Source: Planctomycetes bacterium UBA1146 (lineage in GTDB: Bacteria; Planctomycetota; UBA8108; UBA1146). Taken from it: 38,957 bases of DNA. This document shows positions 27,655 through 36,249 of the stretch, piece by piece. A program made the translations under genes and the position numbers. Numbering within the stretch: position 1 is the first letter of the stretch; every line of letters begins with the position of its first letter. The stretch spans positions 1 to 38,957 of the forward strand of contig CAWLAN010000003.1 in the NCBI GenBank assembly GCA_963854815.1. Reading direction: 5' to 3'. The notes beneath the pieces are model-generated. The model was not told the DNA's origin. It did no database searches and worked only from the letters and a program-made list of their open reading frames with translations.

Positions 27655-28755
27655 ATGTCTCGATCCAGGTCCCTTTCGCTGCAGAACCGGCCATTGGCGT
27701 GGGTTCTGGCCATTTTCTTGGCTCAACTGTCAGTCGATGTGCCGCTATGTGGGCAAATCGATGACCCCCCGCTTCCGCTCTTGCCCGTTCCTGTCATCCA
27801 CATCGAGGAGATGGAACACGACTGGGGAAAAGTGCTCCAGGGAACCCGGGTGAAGCATATCTTTACCGTCGAGAACCGAGGCAAGGCGCCACTCAAGATT
27901 CTCAAGGTGTCATCCACCTGCGGTTGCACTTCGACTCGCTTCGACGAAGTGATCGAGCCAGGAGCCAGCGGAATCATCGAACTGCAGGTCGACACCACCG
28001 AATTCTCCGGAGGCAGACCGCGCAAGAATGCTGTCGTGAAAACCAACGATCCGGAACTCTCCGAGGTTCATCTGTGGATGGTTGGCCTGGTCGATCCACT
28101 CCTCCAGTTCGAGAGTTCGGTGTTCAAGCTGTCGGGTCTGGCGATGGAGAAGAAACAACTGAAAACCATCATCGTGCCAGCCGTGGAACTTCCCATCTCG
28201 CTGGTGCAAGCAAAATCGAAGAACGGATCATTTCTGGTCGCTGCTATCGAGTCTCTCGATAAGGGCTGGAAGTTGACTCTCACTGCGGATGTTTCCGAAC
28301 AGGTCAAGAGTCTCCGCGATGACCTGGAGCTGGTGGTTTCGATCGCTGATGGAAAACCCTTCACCATCCCGGTGCCGGTCGTGGTGGAACACAAGGACCG
28401 TATTCTCATGGTTCCGGCCGGGAATTTGATCTTCTACCGCCGTCATACCGCACCTCTCGATGGTCCGGTTCGTCGCGAAGTGGTGAAGGAAGTTCAGGTG
28501 CGCTCGGTGCGCGAGGACCTTCCCATTCTCGACTTCTCGGCAGAAATCATCGAAGCACCCGAGGGCCTGTTCGGCCTCAGGGTCATCGAAGTGATTCCAG
28601 GGCATCACTACAGGGTGCGCATCCAGGTGCTGCGAACCCTCCCCACTGCGCAGGGACGAGGGATCCTCCGGATGCGGCTCGGGCAAGGAAAAGACCAGGT
28701 GAGGGACAAGGGAGTCATCGCACAATTTCGGCTCAAACCGACCGATTCGCCCTAG
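27655..28755 (+). CDS. Exported DUF1573-type Ig-like domain protein (CGC motif), Cys paralogue
   Basis: HDWGKVLQG..HIFTVENRGKAPLKILKVSSTCGCT...IEPGASGII..K..VKTNDP pattern, followed by further beta-rich domains. Start may be 27616 or 27619. Confidence 0.82.
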   Translation: MSRSRSLSLQNRPLAWVLAIFLAQLSVDVPLCGQIDDPPLPLLPVPVIHIEEMEHDWGKVLQGTRVKHIFTVENRGKAPLKILKVSSTCGCTSTRFDEVIEPGASGIIELQVDTTEFSGGRPRKNAVVKTNDPELSEVHLWMVGLVDPLLQFESSVFKLSGLAMEKKQLKTIIVPAVELPISLVQAKSKNGSFLVAAIESLDKGWKLTLTADVSEQVKSLRDDLELVVSIADGKPFTIPVPVVVEHKDRILMVPAGNLIFYRRHTAPLDGPVRREVVKEVQVRSVREDLPILDFSAEIIEAPEGLFGLRVIEVIPGHHYRVRIQVLRTLPTAQGRGILRMRLGQGKDQVRDKGVIAQFRLKPTDSP

Positions 28756-28773
28756 TACGGTCCCTTTGTGGAC

Positions 28774-28801
28774 TTGACCTCATCGACGAATTCGATATCT
28801 T
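28774..28801 (+). promoter_or_regulatory. Putative sigma70 promoter for the second DUF1573-type gene
   Basis: TTGACC-N16-TATCTT; the spacer contains the dyad ATCGA-cgaat-TCGAT. Confidence 0.5.
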
Positions 28802-28859
28802 GGAAAATAGGCTCAAGTGGCCGCATCGCCTTGCCCCGATGAGAATCCCGATTCGGCCG

Positions 28860-28913
28860 GAACGGTCGATCCGAACGGTCGACTAGAACCGTAGACCCGT
28901 GCGAGAGGTAGAC
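28860..28913 (+). repeat. Short direct repeats with a 13-bp period in the leader of the UGA-containing DUF1573 gene
   Basis: GAACGGTCGAT (28860), GAACGGTCGAC (28873), GAACCGTAGAC (28886), plus a degenerate GAGAGGTAGAC (28903) overlapping the SD. Confidence 0.65.
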
Positions 28914-28918
28914 TCTCT

Positions 28919-30223
28919 GTGAAATACCGAAACATCCAGTTGCCGTTCGCCATGCTGGTACTACTGGTGCTTGCCGTTGCGCTACTACCGTTGTCCGGCT
29001 CGTTGAGTTTCGCCGCAGATGACGATCTCGGACCTCCACCGCCTCCCGCCCAGGAGGGACCTCGTATTCGTTTCGATAGCACCAGTTTCGACTGGGGTGA
29101 GGTGCTCCAGGGAGACAAGGTGGAACACACCTATCGATTCCACAACGTTGGAACTGGCATCCTTCGGATCACCCAGGTCAAGCCTGGCTGAGGTTGCGCT
29201 CGCGGGGCTTTTACCCGCGAGGTTCTCCCCGGAGGGGAGGGCGAAGTGACCCTCGTCGTCGACACCTCGAAACTGCGCACCGAAGCGGTGCGGAAGTACG
29301 CCACCGTCAGTTGCAACGACCCCCGACAGCCACAGATTCGCCTCACCGTCGGCGGAAAATTGCGCCATGTCGTCAAGGTGGAACCCGCCAGCCTCATCCT
29401 CAGAGGAGCCACCGGAGCTGATCTGGTCGGAAAATTGACCTTTTCGAAGGGGACAGATCTCGATATCACCGTCACAGGCGGTACAGCGGCGAAGAATCTG
29501 ATCTACGTCGGTGACATCGTGGAGATCTCTGCTGGTGAGAAGTACGAGATTCAGGTCGAAGCACCCAAGGCACTGGTTCCCGGGATGTTGCGTGACATTC
29601 TCAACGTGGAGATCGTCTGTAGTGACGGTGTGATTCGGACCACTTCGATTCCAGTGACCGTCGATCATCAGGCTCCGATCAGCGTCATTCCGCGCGGGAA
29701 TATCGTGTTCCAGCGCAAGGACACCGATCGCCTCAAGGTCGCGGGATCGGCGCCGGTGAAACGAGACCTGCAAATTTACTCCACCGCCCCGGGAACCCGG
29801 TTCAACATCACATCGATGACGATGGAAGGAACCCCCGAGAATCTATTTCGCCTCTCCCAGAGAGAGATTCGTTCAGGAGAACGCTATCTGGTGACGGTCG
29901 AGGTCACTGAACCACGTCCCGAGCGTTCGATCCGTGGAACCCTACGGATCCTCACCGATCACCCGGATATGCCGGAGGTCACCGCTCGAGTCTATGCTCA
30001 GTTCGGTGTTCCGACGCCGATTCGCCGGCCCGTAACGGTACCCGGCAAGAAGCCAGTTCCATCGCTCAAGGTGCCTGGCAAGAAGGCAACGGCTATCCCC
30101 GGAGTTCCCGGTATCCGGTTATCACCGACCGTGGACATCCCCTTCAAGCCGACTCCAAAACCGAAACCGAAACCGAAACCGGTCATACCCGACAAGCTGA
30201 ACTCCGGTCAGAAACCCGGGTAA
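28919..30223 (+). CDS. Exported DUF1573-type Ig-like domain protein, predicted selenoprotein (U91, UGC motif), with a Pro/Lys-rich tail
   Basis: ORFs 28919..29191 and 29246..30223 share a frame and are joined by one TGA (29189-29191): ITQVKPG-U-GCARGAFTREVLPGGEGEVTLVVDT. This aligns gap-free with ILKVSST-C-GCTSTRFDEVIEPGASGIIELQVDT of the upstream paralogue. 434 aa when read through. Confidence 0.85.
29199..29239 (+). promoter_or_regulatory. Candidate bacterial SECIS hairpin(s)
   Basis: Perfect 8-bp stem CUCGCGGG-[GCUUUUA]-CCCGCGAG (29199-29221), with the loop starting with G at +16 from UGA. A second hairpin CUCCCC-[GGA]-GGGGAG lies at 29225-29239. Confidence 0.65.
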
Positions 30224-30343
30224 TCAGCCCGACATCAGCGAGTTTTCAACGTTTCGGGGTATTTCCCCCGCCCTGGAAAATAAGATCTAGACGGTAGAGG
30301 GCACTGTTGGGGGGACATCTTTTGTCCGAAATCCGTATATTTT

Positions 30344-30564
30344 CGTAACATATTATAATAAAATGACTTACGATAGTTTCTGCGGTTCCTGAGCCAGCCC
30401 TGGTCCGCTCCCCCAAAAAAAACATGGAAATTTCTGCTGTGAAAACCTTGTTTGTAGGGCAGTCGATGTACGGCATCGCTTCAGGGCGTTGCCTTTTTTT
30501 GTGCCCGAATCCCCTTTTCGGCTCGGCTCATCACCCGTAACATCTTTATAAATAATAACTTATG
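30344..30564. repeat. Two 29-bp AT-rich imperfect dyad elements
   Basis: CGTAACATATTATAATAAAATGACTTACG (30344-30372) and CGTAACATCTTTATAAATAATAACTTATG (30536-30564); 21 of 29 positions identical. Confidence 0.7.
30472..30500 (+). terminator. Intrinsic terminator
   Basis: GGCATCGC-ttcagg-GCGTTGCC (one mismatch) followed by T7. Confidence 0.65.
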
Positions 30565-30697
30565 GAGATTCAGATGGGTCCGTGGACGATGCGGCCCGCC
30601 TCCGAAGGTACACGGGAGGCACAGGCGACCGCAGCCACCCTCCTCGACAAAGGCCCTGGCGGTCACTCGCTGCTGAGACCACCGCTATTTGCCCGTC

Positions 30698-32461
30698 CTA
30701 TTTGCCATCATTGCGCGAGAACTCGCCCGCCTTCAACTTGCGATCATATTCGCGCAACGAAGCGACCGCGATGTAACCGAGAGCCAGCACGATCGGAATA
30801 TTGACCACCAGCATCGATCCGGTGCCCAGGTCTGCCAGCAGCATCATCTGATCGGTGTTCTCGATCATCGCCGCACCGACGATCGCCAGCAGCAGGAAGG
30901 CAATCTTGTAGGGCAGAACCCCCCTCGCCCCGACCAGGAAGGCGACCCCCTTCTCGCCGTAGTAAGACCACGAGATCATCGTCGAGATGGCAAACAGCCA
31001 CGCCGCCAGGGTGACGAGCCACTTGCCCAGCCCCTCGAAGGCGCGATCGAAAGCGAAGGCGGTCAGTTGCGCTCCCTCGTATTCGCGGTAGATTCCCGCT
31101 CCGCCACCCTCCACCTCGAGAATTCGAATGTCACCAGGAATCCCGTCCCAGTCCGATGACTTCAGCTCGACATCCCCCCAGGAGATCACCAGAGTTACCG
31201 CCGCATCTGGATGTTCCGGGTCTGGCACTTCGTCGATCACTCCGGTGATCTTGAACCGGTTGGAACCGGTCGAGCGATGTGTCATTCCCTGCGCTTCTGC
31301 CAGCACGAAGAGTTTGTCGCCATGGGACCACTGGTCGAGCCTTTGTTCGGGAAGATGTGACACCGTCGCCGCCGTGACGACAATGTATTCATCACCCTCG
31401 CCAGCAGCTGCCAGACTGATCTCCGTCGCCAGAGGACCGATGGAATCCCGGTTCCAGGTTCCAGTCGAGAGGATCACCATCGCGGTCAGGGTGCAGATAC
31501 AGATGGTGTCGATGAAGGGTCCAAGACCACCGACGACCCCCTCACGGGCGGGTTCTGCCGTCTTGGCGGCAGCATGAGCGATCGGAGCCGACCCCTGGCC
31601 CGCTTCGTTGGAGAAGAGAGCCCGTTTCATCCCCACCACAAAGGCGTAACCAAGAGTTCCGCCGATGAAAGCCCCCTCGGCTTCAGCACTACCAAAGGCA
31701 CTATCGAAGACCAGTTTCAGTAGCCCCGGAATCTGGTCCGCGTTCACCACCAGCACGGCAAAACCAGCTATCAGGTACAGAAGACACATCAACGGCACCA
31801 GTTTTGACGCCACCGTCCCGATGCGCTTGATGCCACCGATGATCACCAGCCCGACCAGCATCGCCAGGATGATCCCGGTCGCTACCTTCGGCACGCCAAA
31901 GTAACCCTCGGTCAGTCCCGCCACGTTCCAGGCCTGGAACATGTTGCCGCCGGTGATGGTCGAGATGATGAGAGTGATGCAGAAGAAACCTCCGATGATC
32001 GAGCCGAACACCGCCCAGCCGCTACCCTTCTTGGCCAGAACCTGCTTCACGACATGCATCGCACCACCACTGGGGTTGTCCGGATCGGTTGTGTCTCGAT
32101 AGATCATCGCCAACGTGATCTCGATCGTCTTCAACGCCATGCCGAAGAAACCGACCACCCACATCCAGAACAGGGCGCCGGGACCACCGACCGAAATCGC
32201 CACCGCCACTCCACCGATGTTGCCGAGTCCGACGGTCGCTGATAACGCCGCCGACAGTGCCTGAAAGTGATTGATGGCACCGGGATCATCGGGGTCGTCG
32301 TAGATACCCCGGACCACCGCCAGGCCATGTGTCATCACCCGGTACTGGGTGAAGCGGGTCCACACAGTGAACAGAACCCCGGCCCCGAGCAGCGCCACGA
32401 ACGTGGGTGTACTCCAGATCCACTCGCCGATCAGTTCGATCCAATGCCAGAAGAGATCCAA
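30698..32461 (-). CDS. Alanine/glycine:cation symporter (AGCS family) with a large loop insertion
   Basis: FQALSAALSATVGLGNIGGVA, GGPGALFWMW, KRALFSNEAGQGSAPIAH, FIDTICICTLT and FAISTMISWSYYGE motifs. TTG start 32461 follows a purine-rich SD; the ORF track starts at 32491. Confidence 0.93.
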   Translation of the reverse strand: MDLFWHWIELIGEWIWSTPTFVALLGAGVLFTVWTRFTQYRVMTHGLAVVRGIYDDPDDPGAINHFQALSAALSATVGLGNIGGVAVAISVGGPGALFWMWVVGFFGMALKTIEITLAMIYRDTTDPDNPSGGAMHVVKQVLAKKGSGWAVFGSIIGGFFCITLIISTITGGNMFQAWNVAGLTEGYFGVPKVATGIILAMLVGLVIIGGIKRIGTVASKLVPLMCLLYLIAGFAVLVVNADQIPGLLKLVFDSAFGSAEAEGAFIGGTLGYAFVVGMKRALFSNEAGQGSAPIAHAAAKTAEPAREGVVGGLGPFIDTICICTLTAMVILSTGTWNRDSIGPLATEISLAAAGEGDEYIVVTAATVSHLPEQRLDQWSHGDKLFVLAEAQGMTHRSTGSNRFKITGVIDEVPDPEHPDAAVTLVISWGDVELKSSDWDGIPGDIRILEVEGGGAGIYREYEGAQLTAFAFDRAFEGLGKWLVTLAAWLFAISTMISWSYYGEKGVAFLVGARGVLPYKIAFLLLAIVGAAMIENTDQMMLLADLGTGSMLVVNIPIVLALGYIAVASLREYDRKLKAGEFSRNDGK

Positions 32462-32594
32462 GGTGGTCGTCCTTCCCCTCAGGAGCCGCACCGTCGAGGA
32501 ATTTCCCCCGTCCGGAGCCGAACACTAGGCAATCCTGGAGCCCGATACAAGGGAGCACCGTCGTGTCTGTATCGGCGGGAACGCTCCTTTGCAG

Positions 32595-33578
32595 CTAACT
32601 TCTCAGCAACCGCTCAAGTCGCTCATCGGAAACGTTGCCGCCGCTGATCACCGCCACATGAGTGCCCCCTGGCAGTGCCTCTCCTGTAGTCGGCACCAGC
32701 AGAGGCGCGACGGAGCAGGCCCCGCTCGGTTCTGCCTCGATCTGGCAATCGCAGCGGAGGATCCTGAGACTCTCGAGCAACTGATCCTCATCGATCACCT
32801 CGGCGACCACCCCGACCGAACTCAGCACTTCCCAGTTCCGTTGCCCGATCGTCAGCGGTAACAAACCATCGGCCTCGGATGTGCTGCTTTCGAGACGAAG
32901 CCGTCGCCCCTGGGCGATGGAGCGCGCCAGCGCCGCGGATCCTTCCGGTTCGACGGTATGAACCTGGCAGCCGGGAATCTGCGCCGCAGCGACCGCGGCA
33001 CAACCAGCGGAGAGCCCTCCCCCTCCGACTGGAACCCACAGGTGGTCGACCGTGCCGATCTCATCGATGATCTCGAGCATCAACGTTCCCTGGCCCGCCA
33101 TGATCCAGTCGTGATCGAAGGGAGGAATGATCGTCCAACCCCTGTCGGCGGCGATCTGCTCGGCGCGCTGTTTCCTCTCATCGGAGGTCGGTCCGACCCG
33201 GACCAGTTCCGCACCGGCATCGATCACCGCCTGAGCCTTGAGGGGATCGATGCTCCCGGGTGCCACCACCAGGGCCGGGATCCCCAGCACTTCTGCAGCC
33301 TCCGCCACCGCCCGGCCATGATTGCCGCTGGAGTAGGTCAACACCCCCGCCGGAACTCCCTCTTGCAACAGTCGCTCGAGGAAATGGGTCGCCCCCCTCG
33401 CCTTGAAGGATCCGGAACGCTGGCAGCACTCCAGTTTGACAAGCAGCCGGTCAGGACCAGCCACGACCAGATGGGAGGGAATCTGCACGAGAGGAGTCCG
33501 TATCAGCTTTTCTCGCAGCATCCGTGCCGCTTCGCACGCCAGGGTTGCGATCCGCTCGTGGCGAGAATCTCCGATCAA
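32595..33578 (-). CDS. PLP-dependent serine/threonine dehydratase or serine racemase family enzyme
   Basis: KLECCQRSGSFKARGA, SSGNHG, GQGT, VGGGGL, EPSGA and SGGN motifs; no ACT domain. TTG 33578 follows GAGGGAG; alternative start at 33662. Confidence 0.9.
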   Translation of the reverse strand: MIGDSRHERIATLACEAARMLREKLIRTPLVQIPSHLVVAGPDRLLVKLECCQRSGSFKARGATHFLERLLQEGVPAGVLTYSSGNHGRAVAEAAEVLGIPALVVAPGSIDPLKAQAVIDAGAELVRVGPTSDERKQRAEQIAADRGWTIIPPFDHDWIMAGQGTLMLEIIDEIGTVDHLWVPVGGGGLSAGCAAVAAAQIPGCQVHTVEPEGSAALARSIAQGRRLRLESSTSEADGLLPLTIGQRNWEVLSSVGVVAEVIDEDQLLESLRILRCDCQIEAEPSGACSVAPLLVPTTGEALPGGTHVAVISGGNVSDERLERLLRS

Positions 33579-33813
33579 GCCTGCTCCCTCTCCCAGACGA
33601 TATCCATCCCGTTCGGTCGGGGATCCTTGATGGGTTCCTCTGGCCTGCATATCGTACGCCACGTGACGGAGGGGGAGCAGCGAAACCCGGACTTCCGCCG
33701 GCAGACCTGGCCCGGCGAAGTCTGGTCCGGATCGAAATACCTCACCCCGCTCGTCTTTGCAGGCTCAGTGATCATCGTACAACCGGAATCCAAACCTCGC
33801 GGAAGGAACCGTC

Positions 33814-35751
33814 ATGGTCCGCAGTTCTTTCGATGCTCCCGCTCTCAGTGAAGAACACATCCGCTGGCATCAGGAAGCCGTGATTCGTTGCCGTCGTGCG
33901 ATCATCCAGATGACGAGTCTGGCGGCCTCGGGACACCCCGGAGGATCGTTGTCGTCCCTCGATCTCTATCTGGTGCTGTGGTCGTGCGCCCGCGTCGAGG
34001 CGGACAACCCCTGGATGACGGGGCGGGATCGCATCGTTGTCAGTCACGGTCACACCTCGCCAGGTGTCTATTCGGTGCTTGCCGAGCTCGGCTTTGTCGA
34101 TAGGGAAGAGGTGATCGCATCCTTTCGCAGCACACAGAATCTTTTCGAGGGACACATCGAACGAGAAGTGCCGGGTGTCGAATGGACCACCGGCAATCTC
34201 GGCCAGGGGTTGTCGGCAGCCTGCGGCATGACCCTGGGAGAGAGGATCCACGGTCGCCGTGCGCGGATTTTCGTTCCGATGGGAGATGGGGAACAACAGA
34301 AGGGTCAGATCAGTGAAGCGCGCCGCTTCGCCGTCAAGTTTGGCCTCAACGAGATCACCGCCATCGTCGACCGCAATCAGCAGCAGATCAGCGGAGGCAC
34401 GCAACAGATCATGCCCCAGCGCATCGTCGAGAACTGGGAGTCCGATGGCTGGCACGTGGTGGAGATCGATGGCCACGATCCACAACAGATCTTCTCCACA
34501 TTGCAGCAGGCAGGCCGCGACGAGCAGCGACCCTGGTGCATCGTAGCGAACACGGTGATGGGCAAGGGAATCTCCTTCATGGAGAATCTATGCGACTTCC
34601 ATGGCCGCGGTCTGAAACCGGAAGAGTTTGCCGCTGCAATCGAGGAACTGGGCGAAGATCCGGCGCTGTGGGATCTGGGTCCCTTCGAGCAACGCCGCAA
34701 CCGGCGCCCGGCCAGCACCATCCCCTCTCTGCCGCATCAGTTCCCGAAACTGAATCCGGGAGAGCCGGTCACCTACGGAGTCGATGAACGGACCGATTGC
34801 CGCAGTGCCTTCGGCAAGGCGATTCACGATGTCGCCCTCGCGACCGACAGCAAGTCTCCTCCGATCGCTGCCTTCGACTGTGACCTGGAGGGATCTGTCA
34901 AACTGGGTGCCTTCCACGAGTCCTTCCCCGATCGTTTCTTTCAGTCCGGGGTCCAGGAACATCACACGGCCACCTGCGCGGGAGCCCTTTCCACCTGCGG
35001 AGTCACTACCGTGTTCGCTGATTTCGGGGTCTTCGGAGTGTGCGAGACCTACAACCAGCATCGACTCAGCGATATCAATCACGCCCAGTTGAAGATCGCA
35101 TGCACCCATCTGGGTCTCGATGTCGGTGAAGATGGTAAGACCCATCAATGCATCGATTATGTCGGCTTGCTGCGAAACATCTTCGGCATGAGCATCTTTG
35201 TGCCGGCAGATCCGAACCAGACCGATCGCATCGTGCGTCATGCCCTGACGACACCGGGAATGGCATTCATCGGCATGGGACGTTCGAAACTGTCCACCAT
35301 CACCGATGAAAATGGTGCGCCTTTCTTCGCTGGCGACTACCAGTTCGAACCGGGAAGGATCGACTTCATCCGCACGGGAACCGCCGGCATGGTGATCTCG
35401 ATGGGTACGCCGACCGGACGCGCACTGGAAGCCGTCGATGCTCTTCGCGCTGAGGGACTCGATATCAGTCTCGCCCACGTCGCAACTCCGGCCGAATTGG
35501 ATCGATCCTCTGTCCAGGAAATCGTCGGGCAACCCTTCATCGTGACTGTCGAGGATCATTCGGTCAGGACCGGACTGGGCAACTGCATCGCCGAGGCACT
35601 GTTCGACATCGGGACGACCATCCCGCATCTGCGTCTGGGCGTCGAGAAATACGCACCGAGCGGACCTGCCGTCGAGGTCTATCGTCATTGCGGTCTCGAT
35701 ACCGACTCCATCAAGGAACGGGTCCAGGCCTTTGCTCTCGAGCGGCAGTAG
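33814..35751 (+). CDS. tkt: Transketolase
   Basis: SGHPGGSLS, DRIVVSHGH, GNLGQGLS, TPP motif GDGEQQKG..N, GVQEH, GEDGKTHQ and VEDH. Confidence 0.93.
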   Translation: MVRSSFDAPALSEEHIRWHQEAVIRCRRAIIQMTSLAASGHPGGSLSSLDLYLVLWSCARVEADNPWMTGRDRIVVSHGHTSPGVYSVLAELGFVDREEVIASFRSTQNLFEGHIEREVPGVEWTTGNLGQGLSAACGMTLGERIHGRRARIFVPMGDGEQQKGQISEARRFAVKFGLNEITAIVDRNQQQISGGTQQIMPQRIVENWESDGWHVVEIDGHDPQQIFSTLQQAGRDEQRPWCIVANTVMGKGISFMENLCDFHGRGLKPEEFAAAIEELGEDPALWDLGPFEQRRNRRPASTIPSLPHQFPKLNPGEPVTYGVDERTDCRSAFGKAIHDVALATDSKSPPIAAFDCDLEGSVKLGAFHESFPDRFFQSGVQEHHTATCAGALSTCGVTTVFADFGVFGVCETYNQHRLSDINHAQLKIACTHLGLDVGEDGKTHQCIDYVGLLRNIFGMSIFVPADPNQTDRIVRHALTTPGMAFIGMGRSKLSTITDENGAPFFAGDYQFEPGRIDFIRTGTAGMVISMGTPTGRALEAVDALRAEGLDISLAHVATPAELDRSSVQEIVGQPFIVTVEDHSVRTGLGNCIAEALFDIGTTIPHLRLGVEKYAPSGPAVEVYRHCGLDTDSIKERVQAFALERQ

Positions 35752-35761
35752 CGGAGGCGAA

Positions 35762-36220
35762 ATGTTCGAGCCGCGCATAAGCATCATCACGCTGGGCGTG
35801 GCCGACATGGCGAGGTCCATCGCCTTTTACCGCGACGGCCTCGACTTTCCGACGGACATCACTGGCGATACCGCAGATTGGGCAATCTTCCAAACCGTCG
35901 GCACTCGCTTTGCGTTGTACCCGAAGGACTTGTTAGCCGCGGACATCGCCGCAGATTATCCGAAAACCGGCATCGGTTTCGGTGGCATCACGCTGGCTCA
36001 CAATGTTCGCAACGAGTCTGAGGTTGCCAAGGTGCTCGCCTTCGCCGAATCGGCTGGCGGCGAAATTCTGAAGCCCGCTCAACCGGCAGAGTGGGCCGGC
36101 CACAACGGCTACTTCGCCGACCCCGACGGCTATCCGTGGGAGGTCGCCTTCAACCCCAACAACGTCTTCACCGACGATGGCACAATCTGGGGCGGCTCGC
36201 TCGGGCCAATCTCGTGGTAA
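35762..36220 (+). CDS. VOC/glyoxalase family protein
   Basis: ISIITLGVAD..RSIAFY, ITLAHNV and GYFADPDGYPWEVA motifs; ATG 35762 after GGAGG. Confidence 0.9.
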   Translation: MFEPRISIITLGVADMARSIAFYRDGLDFPTDITGDTADWAIFQTVGTRFALYPKDLLAADIAADYPKTGIGFGGITLAHNVRNESEVAKVLAFAESAGGEILKPAQPAEWAGHNGYFADPDGYPWEVAFNPNNVFTDDGTIWGGSLGPISW

Positions 36221-36249
36221 CGGGAATCAGCACCCGGACGGAAGACGAG

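Noticed and set aside
26383-30223. Pseudogenes, or genome-wide UGA reassignment to Trp/Gly
   Set aside because: Each gene has just one TGA, at a motif Cys, with no other decay. TGA is the normal stop for many genes here, including ATGA overlaps, and Trp is encoded by TGG.
30344-30372. dif (XerCD) site
   Set aside because: The reverse strand has TATGTTA, but there is no proper 11-6-11 arrangement or XerC arm, and a second copy lies nearby.
32462-32594. Glycine riboswitch upstream of the AGCS gene
   Set aside because: Expected from context, but the GGAGA, CCGAAG and CUCAGG core elements are not present in order.
9353-35751. Calvin cycle cluster (RuBisCO, GAPDH, transketolase and a PRK-like kinase)
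   Set aside because: The RuBisCO homologue lacks carboxylase residues (KDDH, HPS, GRF) and has no small subunit. The kinase motifs match GLYK rather than PRK. The genes are scattered across separate units.
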